Source of the DNA: an uncultured Nitrososphaerota archaeon
GTDB taxonomy: Archaea > Thermoproteota > Nitrososphaeria > Nitrososphaerales > Nitrosopumilaceae
Assembly (NCBI GenBank): GCA_963824385.1
Contig: CAWGPD010000004.1
Location: forward strand, 448,001-512,000
Length of the DNA: 64,000 bases
Reading direction: 5' to 3'
The notes beneath the pieces are model-generated. The model was not told the DNA's origin. It made no database searches and saw nothing but the letters and a program-made list of their open reading frames with translations. How positions within the stretch are numbered: position 1 is the stretch's first letter; the number at the start of each line of letters is the position of its first letter. This document shows, one piece after another, positions 31,248 through 42,875 of the stretch. Position numbers and translations under genes: made by a program.

Positions 31248-32456
31248 TTGAGGATCCTAACAATAGACGATTTTGATACTAAGGGTAAAACTGTTTTTCT
31301 CAGAGTAGACATGAATTGTCCCATTGATCCTGTTACCATGAACATAATTGAAACAAGTCGAATTAGAGAATCAACTGAATCACTCAAAGATCTGGAAGAT
31401 GCCAAGGTAGTCATTGGATCACACCAGGGAAGAGTGGGAAACAAAGATTACACCGGCATGGAAAAACATGCTAAAGTACTAGAACAAATCCTAGGACGCA
31501 AAATAAAATACATTGAAGATGTAATTGGTGCTGAAGCACAAAGAGAGATTAAAAATATGAAAGATGGTGACATAATATTGCTTGATAATTTAAGATTGTG
31601 TGCGGAGGAAAATTATGAGTTTGCAGCTTCTGAAGCGTCAAAAACAATAATGGTACAAAGATTATCAAAGTTATTTGATATCTGTGTTTTAGATTCATTT
31701 CCAAGTTCACATAGATCCCATCCATCAATAATTGGTTTTGCACATGTCCTTCCATCTTGTGCAGGTAGATTGGTAGAACGCGAAGTAAGAAAGCTAGATG
31801 AGATAATGACTGTTGCCAAGGGACCTCATGTGGTTGTGCTGGGAGGGTCCAAAGTGGTAGATAGATTAGAGGCAATAAAAGAATTAATTGAAAATGGTAG
31901 AGCTGATCAGGTTCTTCTCACAGGAGTAATTGCCAATGTATTTCTAAGAGCTCAGGGAAGAATCAAGTTCCCACTAGGAATTAAAAGAGAAGAAGAGGTT
32001 GTTTCAAAAGCACATGCATTAATTGGTGAATATCCAGACGTATTTTCAGTTCCCGTAGATATTGCGGTAGAAAGAAATGGAAAAAGAGTGGAGATGGATG
32101 TTCGTGAACTCATAAAAGGTGATCAAATATTTGACTTGGGACCAAAATCAGTAGATTATTATCTAAAATCAATCCAAAGTGCAGGAACTGTTTTTATGAG
32201 CGGTCCTGCAGGATTTTTTGAAAATGAAGATTTCAAGTTTGGAACAGAGTCGCTGCTCAGAGGAGTAGCAAATTCATTTGCAACTACAATTGTAAGTGGA
32301 GGTCACCTGACTGCTGCATTAAAGAGATATGGCCTTGCTGAAAAAATAAATCATATCAGTACTGCAGGAGGAGCTTTGGTATTATACTTGACAGGGGTAA
32401 AGCTTCCAATGATACAGGCGTTAGAAGAAGCAGCTGCTAGATATCGTTCTAAATAG
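31248..32456 (+). CDS. pgk: Phosphoglycerate kinase
   Basis: RVDMNCP, SHQGR, LDNLR, HRSHPS, LGGSKV.D, DLGP, STAGGA. Confidence 0.97.
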   Translation: MRILTIDDFDTKGKTVFLRVDMNCPIDPVTMNIIETSRIRESTESLKDLEDAKVVIGSHQGRVGNKDYTGMEKHAKVLEQILGRKIKYIEDVIGAEAQREIKNMKDGDIILLDNLRLCAEENYEFAASEASKTIMVQRLSKLFDICVLDSFPSSHRSHPSIIGFAHVLPSCAGRLVEREVRKLDEIMTVAKGPHVVVLGGSKVVDRLEAIKELIENGRADQVLLTGVIANVFLRAQGRIKFPLGIKREEEVVSKAHALIGEYPDVFSVPVDIAVERNGKRVEMDVRELIKGDQIFDLGPKSVDYYLKSIQSAGTVFMSGPAGFFENEDFKFGTESLLRGVANSFATTIVSGGHLTAALKRYGLAEKINHISTAGGALVLYLTGVKLPMIQALEEAAARYRSK

Positions 32457-32787
32457 TTGCCTTACACTCAGAGTTAGGACACACCCGAGGTTCCATTTTT
32501 CCCAAGTAAATTTCTTGGTTGCACGAATTACATTTTATTTTCTCTACAACATCAAAGAGCTTGTAATGATTAGTAGTAAAGTTTTGGGCAATCTGTCTGA
32601 TTAAACCACCATCACGTAATTGGTTAAAGTATTGTTCCACGTCATCAATTGTAATAGAAGGTTCCAATCCAGTATTTCTAAGCAATTCAAAGATTTCATC
32701 ATTTGTAAATCTTAGATTAGGGTCATTGAACTTTTCAAAAATAATTTTTCTAATCTGGAGCGGTAGCGCCACACTCGGTATAGTCAA
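32449..32787 (-). CDS. wHTH-like protein with C-terminal Zn-ribbon
   Basis: C..C…CPN..C; last gene of the suf operon. Confidence 0.6.
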   Translation of the reverse strand: MTIPSVALPLQIRKIIFEKFNDPNLRFTNDEIFELLRNTGLEPSITIDDVEQYFNQLRDGGLIRQIAQNFTTNHYKLFDVVEKIKCNSCNQEIYLGKMEPRVCPNSECKATI

Positions 32788-32788
32788 T

Positions 32789-33229
32789 TTAGTAAAGACC
32801 CGAGGCTTGTTCTTTTATCTGATCTGCTGACGCAGTGTCTTTTAGCTTGTCAACAATGTAGGAATAAAGTCCAGATTTGAGAACCTTTAATGATAATAAA
32901 GCACATTTTATTCTAGCAGGTCCAAGATCACGAAGTCCCAGATTATCAAGAATGTCTTCTTTAGTAAGTTTTTTCACATATTCAAAATCTTTGCCCATGA
33001 TAAGCTCTGTAAGCATTGATGCACTTGCCTGGCTTATGGCACATCCTTTTCCAGTGAATTTCACGTCTGCAACCTTATCATCTTTTATGTTAAGATGCAT
33101 TTCCAGTTCATCTCCGCAAAGAGGGTTACTGTCACGTTGAGAAATATCTGGATCTGGTATCTTACCATAATTTCGTGGGTTTCTGTAATAATCAAGAATT
33201 ATCTCTCGGTAAATATCAGCACTACTCAT
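32789..33229 (-). CDS. sufU: SufU/IscU scaffold or sulfur-transfer protein
   Basis: Y.E.ILD.Y.NPRN.G, NPLCGD, GCAISQASAS, R.KCALL. Confidence 0.92.
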   Translation of the reverse strand: MSSADIYREIILDYYRNPRNYGKIPDPDISQRDSNPLCGDELEMHLNIKDDKVADVKFTGKGCAISQASASMLTELIMGKDFEYVKKLTKEDILDNLGLRDLGPARIKCALLSLKVLKSGLYSYIVDKLKDTASADQIKEQASGLY

Positions 33230-34470
33230 ATCCTAAACAATTCCTTTGCTCTGTTAAGGGATTTGATAAAAACATCTACCTCTTCTTTTGTATTATAGAT
33301 ATAAAAGCTTGCGCGAGATGTTGCAGATACATCTAATCTTTCCATCAAGACCTGTGCACAATGATGACCAGAACGTATTGCTATTCCATCTTCGTCAATT
33401 ATAGTAGCAAGATCATGTGGATGTATATCTCCCAAGTTAAAAGAAATAACACCTCCTCGTTTTGTTATGTCTTTTGGACCGTATAGAATTATCCCTTTCA
33501 TTTGAGAAAGTTTATCCAGCGCATATTTTGTTAATTCCATTTCATGTTCTCTCACCTTGTCCATACCTATTCTATCAAGATAATCTATTGCTGCTGCAAA
33601 TCCTATGACATCTGCAATATTAGGAGTTCCTGCTTCAAACTTGTATGGAAGATCGTTCCATGTTGTTTCATACTTGTGAACTTCACGTATCATATCTCCT
33701 CCCCCGTTAAAGGGAACCATTCCTTGAAGTAATTCTTTTCTTGCCCAAAGGATTCCTACTCCAGTAGGACCAAGCATTTTGTGTGCTGAAAAAGCAAAAA
33801 AGTCACAGTCAAGTTTTTGGAGGTCAACTTTAAGATGTGGTGCAGATTGTGCTCCATCAATCAATACTCGCACGCCATATTTTTTACACCTATTGACAAT
33901 TTCCTCAGAGTTTGTTATTGTTCCCAAAACATTAGACATTTGACTAAATGTTACAATTTTCACCTTGCCAGTCTGAAGATATTTATCCAGGTGATCAAGA
34001 ATAAGTTCCCCATTGTCATCAACTCCAATGTATTCCAGTTTCGCGCCTTTTTCTTTTGCCAAAAGTTGCCATGGAACTATGTTACTGTGATGCTCATATT
34101 CCGTAGTTACGATAATATCGTCTTTGTTAACATTCTGTCTTCCCCATGCATAAGCAACAAGATTGATTGCCTCAGTAGTTCCTCTAACAAAGACAATCTC
34201 TTCACGATTTTTTGCATTGATGAATTTTGCCACCTTGTCTCTTGTTGCTTCATATGCAAGTGTTGCCTCTTCAGCAAGTTCATGAACAGCCCTGTGTATA
34301 TTGGAATTGTAAGTTAGGTAATAGTTACTGATGGCGTCGATTACTTGAATGGGTTTTTGAGTAGTGGCAGCATTATCAAGATAAACAAGTGGTTTATCCT
34401 TGTGCACCTTTCTTTTTAGAATTGGAAAATCGTTTCTAATATTTTCAATATTTATGAAACTTGTTTGCAT
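33226..34470 (-). CDS. sufS: Cysteine desulfurase SufS
   Basis: YLDNAATTQKP, EHHSNIVPW, SAHKMLGPTG, RSGHHCA. Confidence 0.96.
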   Translation of the reverse strand: MQTSFINIENIRNDFPILKRKVHKDKPLVYLDNAATTQKPIQVIDAISNYYLTYNSNIHRAVHELAEEATLAYEATRDKVAKFINAKNREEIVFVRGTTEAINLVAYAWGRQNVNKDDIIVTTEYEHHSNIVPWQLLAKEKGAKLEYIGVDDNGELILDHLDKYLQTGKVKIVTFSQMSNVLGTITNSEEIVNRCKKYGVRVLIDGAQSAPHLKVDLQKLDCDFFAFSAHKMLGPTGVGILWARKELLQGMVPFNGGGDMIREVHKYETTWNDLPYKFEAGTPNIADVIGFAAAIDYLDRIGMDKVREHEMELTKYALDKLSQMKGIILYGPKDITKRGGVISFNLGDIHPHDLATIIDEDGIAIRSGHHCAQVLMERLDVSATSRASFYIYNTKEEVDVFIKSLNRAKELFRI

Positions 34471-34471
34471 A

Positions 34472-34783
34472 TTAATTAACCTCGATGTAGATCTCGTTTT
34501 GTTCTATTTTAACATTGTAGATTTTTAATGGTATTTCGGCAGGGAGATTCTCTGGTACACCGGTTTTTAGATTAAAAGTTGAGAGATGTAATGGACACGT
34601 TACACCCTCTTCGGTCAATATGCCCGTTGAAAGGTCAGCATCTGCATGGGTACAAATTCTGTCTGATGCATATATTTTTCCATCTAGATTTGCAAGTAAG
34701 ATCTTCTTTTCTTTATAATCAAAGTCAATCATCTCACCTTTCTTTAGCTGATTTATTTTGCAAACATTTACCCAATTAGACAA
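34472..34783 (-). CDS. Rieske-type ferredoxin
   Basis: CTH…L…CPLH…F; probable TTG start at 34783. Confidence 0.85.
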   Translation of the reverse strand: MSNWVNVCKINQLKKGEMIDFDYKEKKILLANLDGKIYASDRICTHADADLSTGILTEEGVTCPLHLSTFNLKTGVPENLPAEIPLKIYNVKIEQNEIYIEVN

Positions 34784-34787
34784 GATC

Positions 34788-36189
34788 TCACCTGTATTTG
34801 TAATGACTTTCAAATGTATCAGTTTCACGATATCTTGTTTCTTCAACTTCAAGCATAGTCTTCGAGTTGTTCATCGGTCTTGATAGTCAAATTGCGTCCT
34901 GCCCACTTGGAATCTATCAGGTAACTTATCCATGCACGAACCTGATATGACATCTTTCTTGAAAGAGGTTCAAGAAACCCTTCCACAATAATTTTCTGAG
35001 CATCAGATTTGCTCAAGCATCGTGTAGCAAGATAAAAGATCTGTTCCTCATCCATCTGAGCTACTGAAGCAGAGTGTGTTGCCTTGACATCATTTGTGAA
35101 TATTTCAAGCCCAGGTATAGAATCTGACTTGGCTCCCTTGTCCAATAAAATAGAGTGTCCTGAGAGGTATGATTCTGCATGGTGAGCATCTTTCTCAATT
35201 CGTATCATTCCCTTAAAGAGAGATTTTGCTGTATCTTTAAGGACAGATTTTTCTAAAACTCTGCCAATTGTAGATGGAGCATTATGAATCAAATTTGAAG
35301 CAAGATCGTATGATTGGTTTTTGTTTCCAAAAACCACTTCAGTATCTTGTGCAGTTGCGCCAGGACCATTAAGAAAATTATCTACCTTGTATCTAGAAAG
35401 ATGTGAGCCAAACAATCCAAGATACCAGTTCATTCTCCCATCACGCTCTATTCTTGCCACTCTTGAAGAGAAATTAACAGCTGTTTCATCCATTGCTTGG
35501 AGCGTAACCAAGTCAAATTGACTGTTAGAACCTACTGATATATCCAATAATTCAAGATACGCTTGTTGTTTTGTGGCCTGCGGAGCATAAATCTCTTGAA
35601 CAATTGATGCCTTGCTATTCTCCTCTGCCACTATAACATTACGAGATATTGTTGAAGTTTGATCTAGTGAGAGTGATGACACGACATGAATTGCTTTTTC
35701 CAAAATGAGATTTTTTGGGATATAGATAAAAATTCCAGAGTTGAAAAAAGCATTATTTAGTGCAATGTATTTGTCTCTCTTTGAATCAGTTTGTTCAAAT
35801 GACTTTTTTATTTTGTCACCATGATTTTTTATTGCGTCATGGATTGAACATATTACAAGGCCCTTGTCTCTTAACTCAGATGGAATGCTAATTTTATGAA
35901 TATTTGTTCCAATCTGAACTATGCTAGGATTTTCGCCAATTTCCAATAATCTGTCTTTTACAAAATCTGGAATAGTACTGTCAGAGCTTAAAGAGAATGT
36001 GATTTGTTCTGGATCCATCTTGTTTGCATCACTGTACTTGTTGTAAAGAGGAGAGACTTCTTGTGGAAGTTGCTGAAACATTGCAAAAGCATTTTTTCTA
36101 TATTCTTTTAGCCATGCAGGATCATTATTGACTTCAGAGATCTCTTCTATATGATTAGAGTCAAGTTTAGAGAGAACAAAAGATGACAT
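34788..36189 (-). CDS. sufD: SufD (~466 aa), extra base at ~34859
   Basis: PGLEI…DVKA.H.A, QIFYL..R; corrected C-terminus QLEAMLEVEETRYRETDTFESHYKYR. Confidence 0.9.
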
Positions 36190-36217
36190 TTCAGATCACA
36201 AATTGACACAATCGGCA

Positions 36218-37618
36218 CTAGCCGACTGAGCCATCCATTTCCATTTTAATCAGCCTGTTGAGTTCTACTGCATATTCCATTGGAAGCTCTTTGGTAAATG
36301 GTTCAATGAATCCGTTTACAATAAGTGTAAGTGCTTCTTCCTCCGTGAATCCCCTTGTCATAAGATAGAAGATCTGTTCATCACCAATCTTACCGACAGT
36401 TGCCTCATGAGTTACTGTTGCGTCTTCTTGGTTAATTTCCATATATGGATAAGTGTCAGTTTTTGATATATCATCTAATAGTAAAGCATCACATCTAACA
36501 GAGGCCTTGACGTTGGTTGCACCCTTTGCTACATGTAAAAGACCTCGATAGGTGGTTCTTCCATTATTTTTGCTGACTGATTTAGATGTTGTTCTAGATG
36601 TGGTATTTGGAGCAAGATGTACCATTTTTGCACCAGTATCTTGATGTTGATTTTTGCCTGCAAATGCAATAGAAAGTGTTTCTCCATGTGCACGTTGACC
36701 TAGGAGATAAATTCCAGGATATTTCATCGTCAATTTACTGCCAATATTTCCATCAATCCATTCTACACGTGCGCCTTCGTATGCATATGCTCTCTTTGTA
36801 ACAAGATTGTAAACATCGTTACTCCAATTCTGAATTGTGGTGTATCTTAATTTTGCACCCTTCATGGCAATCAATTCCACAACTGCAGAGTGCAAAGATT
36901 CGGAAGAATATACAGGAGCAGTACAACCTTCGATATAATGTACTTCTGCACCCTCATCTGCAATTATAAGAGTTCTTTCAAATTGACCAATGTTTTCCTT
37001 GTTGATTCTAAAGTATGCTTGTAATGGTAAATCTACTTTAACTCCTTTTGGAACGTAGATAAATGATCCTCCACTCCATACAGCACTGTTGAGTGCTGCA
37101 AACTTGTTATCTTCTGGTGGTATTACTTTACCAAAATATTTTTTGAAGACTTCAGGATGCTCTTTTAATGCAGTATCAGTATCTAGGAATAGTACACCTT
37201 GTTTTGCAAGGTCTTCTCTGAGATGATGATAAACAACTTCTGACTCGTATTGAGCACCTACACCTGCTAGAAATTTCTTTTCGGCTTCTGGAATTCCTAA
37301 TTTATCAAATGTTGCTTTTACTTCAGCTGGAACATTATCCCAGTCCTTTTCTGTTTTTTCAGAAGCTTTTGCATAATAGTAGATATTATTAAAATCAATT
37401 TGGCCAAGAGAACCACCCCAATTTGGCATGGGTTTTTTCATAAATATGTCATATGAACGGAGTCTAAAGTCAAGCATCCATTGTGGTTCACCCTTCATTC
37501 TGCTAATTTCTTCGACGACTTCCTTTGACAGACCCTTTTTACTAGTGTATACATACATCTCAGTAGAATCTTTGAAATCATATTTACTGTAATCCATGTT
37601 TAGATTCTCAGAAGTCAT
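36218..37618 (-). CDS. sufB: SufB
   Basis: [44 protein letters not shown]. Confidence 0.97.
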   Translation of the reverse strand: MTSENLNMDYSKYDFKDSTEMYVYTSKKGLSKEVVEEISRMKGEPQWMLDFRLRSYDIFMKKPMPNWGGSLGQIDFNNIYYYAKASEKTEKDWDNVPAEVKATFDKLGIPEAEKKFLAGVGAQYESEVVYHHLREDLAKQGVLFLDTDTALKEHPEVFKKYFGKVIPPEDNKFAALNSAVWSGGSFIYVPKGVKVDLPLQAYFRINKENIGQFERTLIIADEGAEVHYIEGCTAPVYSSESLHSAVVELIAMKGAKLRYTTIQNWSNDVYNLVTKRAYAYEGARVEWIDGNIGSKLTMKYPGIYLLGQRAHGETLSIAFAGKNQHQDTGAKMVHLAPNTTSRTTSKSVSKNNGRTTYRGLLHVAKGATNVKASVRCDALLLDDISKTDTYPYMEINQEDATVTHEATVGKIGDEQIFYLMTRGFTEEEALTLIVNGFIEPFTKELPMEYAVELNRLIKMEMDGSVG

Positions 37619-37846
37619 AGTGTCTATAACCCCGTTATATTATAAAAAAGTTACACCACGCTTCACACTTGTATAGCGGAGTAGGCCAAGCTAAATAGTC
37701 CGAGAAAATAAAATGAAAAAAGACAAGTCATCTAAGAATCTCATTCCAATAACTTAGAATAAGAAATTGCTAACCTTTACGATGAAAGATAGAATTAAAA
37801 ATTATTTTTGGATCATTTTAGACCATTTTATGGTAATGATTCGTAT

Positions 37847-39023
37847 CTAACTCCAAACTTTTTCTTGGAAAGTCCATTTTTTATTTAGTAAGAAATTTCC
37901 TACTGACGCAATAGCGACTGCTAAGAATAACGCAATAGAGTAATTCAAGTGTCGCAATTCAACTAGACCATACACCAGCAACAGTTGAAAGACTGCACCA
38001 ATACCACTAAAACCAAGGAATAATCCATATTGAACCAGTGTTCTTTTTGGATTAAAGTTTCTATCTTCAAATGTCCAGATCTTGTTGAGGACAAAATTAG
38101 AACTCATTGAGAAAACAATTCCTATCATTGTAGCATAGATATACCAAAGATTGGAAAGGACAGCCCCAAACATAAAAGATACAAAATAGTTTACTAGCAA
38201 TCCAGAAGCACCAACAGTATAAAATCTTCCAGCCTTTGACAAGAAATGGACAGATGTACGCTTTTCAGTTGTTTTTACAGATTTACCATATCGATATAAT
38301 TTCCACACAGATTGTAAATAATTAATACATACTGAAAAATCCATCTTGCTTGAACCCATTGTGCGATCAATGAAATTATAAGGAATTTCTTTGACTTTTG
38401 CACCTCGCGCTTTTACAAGAATCTCAAGTAGTATTTTATATCCAATCGCATCAAATTTTATGTTATTTAGAATATGACGTTTGAATGCAAAAAATCCAGA
38501 CATTGGATCTTTAATTTTTATTCCAAGTCCATGTTGAGCAATTTTGGTGGCTCCTTTACTAATTAATTTTCTTTTAAATGGCCAACCTGAAACAGAGCCA
38601 CCTTTCACATATCGTGATGCCACAACAATATCGCAATCAGAATTTTGTAGTTCTTCTATCATTTGAGGTATAGTTTGTGGCGGATGAGATAGATCACTAT
38701 CCATTACGACTACAGCATCACCTTTTGCATGTTCTATACCAGTTACAATGGCAGAACTTAGTCCTCAGCTTGGTCTCACGACGTATTATATGAATAGAAT
38801 AATCATGGTTTTTGGAGTTTTTGGCGTACTCTTCAACAGTCTTACTTGTACCGTCAGGAGAATTATCATCTACTACTATTATTTCAGCATTCATTTCTCG
38901 TGTTAGTGCTGTCCTAAATGAATCAAGTATTTTTACAATATTTTTAGATTCATTATATGTAGGAATAACGATGGAAAGAGATCTTGCTCTACTAGATAAT
39001 ACTTCCTTCTGAATTATACTCAA
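37847..39023 (-). CDS. GT2 polyprenol-phosphate glycosyltransferase fused to a GtrA flippase-like domain (~391 aa), extra base at ~38766
   Basis: SIVIPTYNE, VDDNSPDGT, MD.DLSHPP, ASRYV.GG, D.MSGF; C-terminal NF.LNK.WTF repeats. Confidence 0.88.
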
Positions 39024-39073
39024 GTTGCTTTCTGTTATTTTATGCCTATTTGACCGTTATTAAAATTGTCCAT

Positions 39074-39868
39074 CTAACAAAAGCAATTCTTGATTGATTC
39101 CACTGCGCCAGATACGGTATGTACATCTGCAATGATAGGTTTTACTTCAAATTTCTTAAGCTCATCAGAAGTGAATGGTCCTATTGCAATAATAGTAGTT
39201 TTTCCCAATTGTTGCTTTAGAGTTTTTTCATCATAATCAGCTAACATTATATCAAAAAATGCTCTAACTGATGAAGCACTGGTAAAAATAATTCCATCAA
39301 CTTTATTTCGTGAAAAAAGTTCTTTGAATTCTACCCAATAAGATAATGCACTGGAAGATTTTACATCATACAGATAGACTTCTTTTACTTCAACTCCGAT
39401 CTTTTCTAGTAGATGTGCAAGAAATGGTGTTGATGCGCCACTTCTTGGTATAATTGCTTTTTTTCCTTCGGCATTAAGAGTGGTAAAGACTTCTCCCACT
39501 CCAACTGATGAAAATCTATCTGGAACATGTGATACTCTAATACCCTCTAATTCTAGAGCAGATTTTGTTTTAGGTCCTACTGCAATTACGGTAGTATTTG
39601 CAATAGCAAGCTGAAGCTTCTCATATTTTGAAATTTTCTTTGCAGTATCAAACAAAAGTTTTACCGCCTTTGAGCTCATAAATACAGAATAATCCGGATC
39701 ATCGTTTCTGATAGCATCAAGGAATTCGTCCACCATATCGTTGCCTTTGCTTACTAACTCTATTGTTGGTAACGATATTGCTTTTGCTTTTGCGTCAGAC
39801 ATTAATCGTATAAATTCCTCAGAATCATCTTTTGATCTGGTGATGGCAATCACTTTTCCTTGCATCAT
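39074..39868 (-). CDS. hemD: Uroporphyrinogen-III synthase
   Basis: IAITR, F.S..AV, AVGP.T, FTSAS.V, IGP.T. Confidence 0.9.
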   Translation of the reverse strand: MMQGKVIAITRSKDDSEEFIRLMSDAKAKAISLPTIELVSKGNDMVDEFLDAIRNDDPDYSVFMSSKAVKLLFDTAKKISKYEKLQLAIANTTVIAVGPKTKSALELEGIRVSHVPDRFSSVGVGEVFTTLNAEGKKAIIPRSGASTPFLAHLLEKIGVEVKEVYLYDVKSSSALSYWVEFKELFSRNKVDGIIFTSASSVRAFFDIMLADYDEKTLKQQLGKTTIIAIGPFTSDELKKFEVKPIIADVHTVSGAVESIKNCFC

Positions 39869-40608
39869 TATCTCCACCCTATTTTATCAGAGAGATTTAC
39901 TACCTTGCCTACTATAATAATAGTCGGAGGTTTAATTTTTGCCTCGCTTACTTTTTTTGATATATTGGATAGAGTGCCTTTTATCAGTCTATGTTCATCA
40001 GTCGTTCCATTTTGAATTACAGCCACAGGTGTATTCTTGTCAAGTCCTCCACTAATCAATTTCTTTGATATTATCTCAAGTCGTGATAGGCCCATCATTA
40101 TCACTATGGTGTCAACTGCTTTTGCAAGTTTTTTCCAGTCAACTGCTCCTTCTGTTTTCTTGGCATCTTCGTGACCAGTAACAAATACTACAGATGATGC
40201 GTAATCTCTGTGTGTAAGAGGTATTCCAGAGTATTCTGCAGATCCAATACCAGACGTAATACCAGGAATTATTTCATATTTGACTTTGTGTTCTCTAAGG
40301 AATTCTGCCTCTTCTCCCCCTCTCCCAAAGATGAAAGGATCTCCTCCTTTCAATCTCACGACATTTTTATTTTTTTTAGCAAGTTTTACCATTAGATCAT
40401 TTGTAGTATCTTGATGTTTGTAATCATCACCAACGTCTCTTCCAACATACATTTTTTCAGCATTTTTTGGAATCATCGCAACAATTTTTTTACTGACTAG
40501 TCTATCATATAGAACTACATCCGACGATTTAATCGCTTCAACAGCTTTTAGTGTAATAAGTTTTGGATCACCAGGGCCAGCACCAACAATGAAAACTTTT
40601 CCTGTCAT
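39868..40608 (-). CDS. cobA: Uroporphyrinogen-III C-methyltransferase
   Basis: VGAGPGDP.LIT, YDRLV, RLKGGDPFIFGRGGEE, PGITS, GIPLTHR. Confidence 0.95.
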   Translation of the reverse strand: MTGKVFIVGAGPGDPKLITLKAVEAIKSSDVVLYDRLVSKKIVAMIPKNAEKMYVGRDVGDDYKHQDTTNDLMVKLAKKNKNVVRLKGGDPFIFGRGGEEAEFLREHKVKYEIIPGITSGIGSAEYSGIPLTHRDYASSVVFVTGHEDAKKTEGAVDWKKLAKAVDTIVIMMGLSRLEIISKKLISGGLDKNTPVAVIQNGTTDEHRLIKGTLSNISKKVSEAKIKPPTIIIVGKVVNLSDKIGWR

Positions 40609-41544
40609 TTACTATTCCATTCCTCTACTTTTTCTCTCCAATTTTTTGCAATATCAGAAATTCCCTTTTCTTTAAGTTCTGATGCAACTTGTCTACCAAG
40701 ATCATTTGCCTGATTTATCTCTGAATCTTTTTCCACCATTATAGATTTGCTTCCATCTACAGAATAGACTATTACTTTTAATCGTAGGCGATCATTATCT
40801 TTATGAGCAAATGCTCCAACTGGAAATCTACATCCAGAATCTACAAACATGGAAAGCGATCTTTCTGCTTCTATTGCGTTTCTAGTCTCAGGATCTTCAA
40901 TTTGTCGTAACAATTCAATTAATCCTACATTATCTCTTCTTGAAACAATACCAAGTGCACCTTGTCCAGGAGAAGGAGGAAATAAGTCCATGGAAAGTCT
41001 TTGAAATTTAACATCTAGTCCTAATCTTGAGATTCCAGCTTGGGCCAATACCACACCATCAAATTCTCCGTCATGTACTTTTCGTATTCTTGTTTCAATA
41101 TTTCCACGAATTGGTTTTACTGTAACATCTGGCCTAAGTCTGGTAATCTGAACTGCTCTTCTCAAGCTACTAGTCCCAATAACTGCCCCCTTTTTTATTG
41201 TGTCCAACATACTTCCATCGTTTGCTATAAAGACATCATTTGCCTCTTCTCTTTTTGGAACACATGCTAATACCAAATCATCAGGTAGTTCGGCAGGAAC
41301 ATCTTTCAGACTATGTACTGCAAAGTCAACTCTCTTTTCTGCAACCGCTTTATCGATTTCCTTTTCAAATATTCCTTTTTGATTGATAGTAAAAAGAGGA
41401 CGTGCGTCAGTATCACCTTGTGTCTTGATTGTAATTATCTCAAATTCTGTTTGGGGAGATTTATTTTTTATCTCAGATACTACCCAGTTTGTCTGAGTAA
41501 GTGAAAGCAAGACTACCCCTAGTACCAATTAGATATTTCATCAT
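40605..41544 (-). CDS. hemC: Hydroxymethylbilane synthase (~312 aa), extra base at ~41512
   Basis: Corrected start MMKYLIGTRGSLLSLTQ; KG.F.KE, AVHSLKD, GTSSLRR, RGN..TR, P.PGQG, GC..P. Confidence 0.93.
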
Positions 41545-42815
41545 TTCACCGCTTTTAGTGCTTTTTCATAAGCAGAAATTGTTTTTCGTATATCATCTTT
41601 AGAGTGTTCATATGATAGAAAGACTGTCTCAAATTGAGACGGTGCAATGAAAATTCCATTTTTAAGCAACACTTCAAACAATTTTTTGAATTTTACCATA
41701 TCTGATTTTTTTGCGGAAGAATAATCCACAACTGGATCATTGGTAAAAAATATCTGGAACATGGACGAAATAGAATTAATTTGATGTGGAATTTTCATAT
41801 CGGATGCTAAATCATGTATTTCTGAAACTAGCTTTGTACAATTTTTTTCAAGTTTAGGATATAATTTGGACTGGAGTTTATTCATAGTTTTTACAGAAGA
41901 GACTCCCGCAGAAACAGATATTGGATTTCCTGCATAGGTACTAGCTTGATAGACTTTACCTTCAGGAGATAACATATCCATAATCTCATTTTTTCCTCCC
42001 ACTGCTGCAATTGGAAAACCATTTCCTAGCGATTTTCCAAGTGTGGTGATATCAGGTTTTATTGTAAAGTATTTTTGTGCACCTCCTGTAGACATTCTAA
42101 ATCCTGTAACTACCTCGTCAAAAATTAACATAGCATCATTTTCTGATGTGATCTTTCGTACCTCATTTAGAAAATTCTTTTCTGGTAGTACAAGACCCAT
42201 GTTTGCAAGAACTGGTTCTATAATTACTGCTGCCACGTCCTTTTCTTTTTCCAGCAGTGACTGTAATTCTTGAGAATTGTTATACTGTACTACAAGTGTG
42301 TTTTTTGAAACTTCTTCCAAACTTCCTTCTGAGACTGACATTCCAATATGTGCGGCACCTGAACCAGCTTTTACCAAAACATAATCATGTGCACCATGAT
42401 AACACCCCTCGAATTTTATTATTTTTTTCTTTTTTGTAAATCCCCTTGCTAATCTAATTGCAGTCATGGTTGCCTCGCTGCCAGTATTAACTAGACGTAT
42501 TTTTTCCATAGATGGAAAATTTCCATATATCAATTCAGAAAGTTCTACCTCAATTTCAGTAGGTGCACAATACAGAGTGCCCTTTTCTAGTTGTTTTTTA
42601 ACATTAGAGATGATTTCTTTTCGTCCATGTCCTAGGAGTAATGCACCATACGCATTACAATAATCAATGTAAGTTTTTCCATCTACATCCCACATCATAC
42701 TGCCTTTGGCTTTTTTAACAAAGAACGGATATGGATCATAATATCGTACAGGACTGTTAATACCGGATGGGATAATTTTTTTGGCACGTGCAAACAGATT
42801 CTTGGAACTTGTCAT
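41541..42815 (-). CDS. hemL: Glutamate-1-semialdehyde 2,1-aminomutase
   Basis: P.G.NSPVR, NTGSEATM.A.RLAR, FEGCYHG, FDEV.TGFR, GK..G.G.P, PSQFE. Confidence 0.96.
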   Translation of the reverse strand: MTSSKNLFARAKKIIPSGINSPVRYYDPYPFFVKKAKGSMMWDVDGKTYIDYCNAYGALLLGHGRKEIISNVKKQLEKGTLYCAPTEIEVELSELIYGNFPSMEKIRLVNTGSEATMTAIRLARGFTKKKKIIKFEGCYHGAHDYVLVKAGSGAAHIGMSVSEGSLEEVSKNTLVVQYNNSQELQSLLEKEKDVAAVIIEPVLANMGLVLPEKNFLNEVRKITSENDAMLIFDEVVTGFRMSTGGAQKYFTIKPDITTLGKSLGNGFPIAAVGGKNEIMDMLSPEGKVYQASTYAGNPISVSAGVSSVKTMNKLQSKLYPKLEKNCTKLVSEIHDLASDMKIPHQINSISSMFQIFFTNDPVVDYSSAKKSDMVKFKKLFEVLLKNGIFIAPSQFETVFLSYEHSKDDIRKTISAYEKALKAVK

Positions 42816-42875
42816 TTACCTAGAAAGAGATCGAATGTAATTATAATCTATATGAAAAATAACGTTATCAGAAAA

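Noticed and set aside
34784..34852. N-terminal extension of the Rieske ORF
   Set aside because: Overlaps the corrected sufD 3' end; TTG at 34783 fits better
37670..37700. Shared TTAG-N6-CTRA metal-regulator box before sufB and sufC (~11440)
   Set aside because: Similarity too weak to tell from chance in AT-rich DNA
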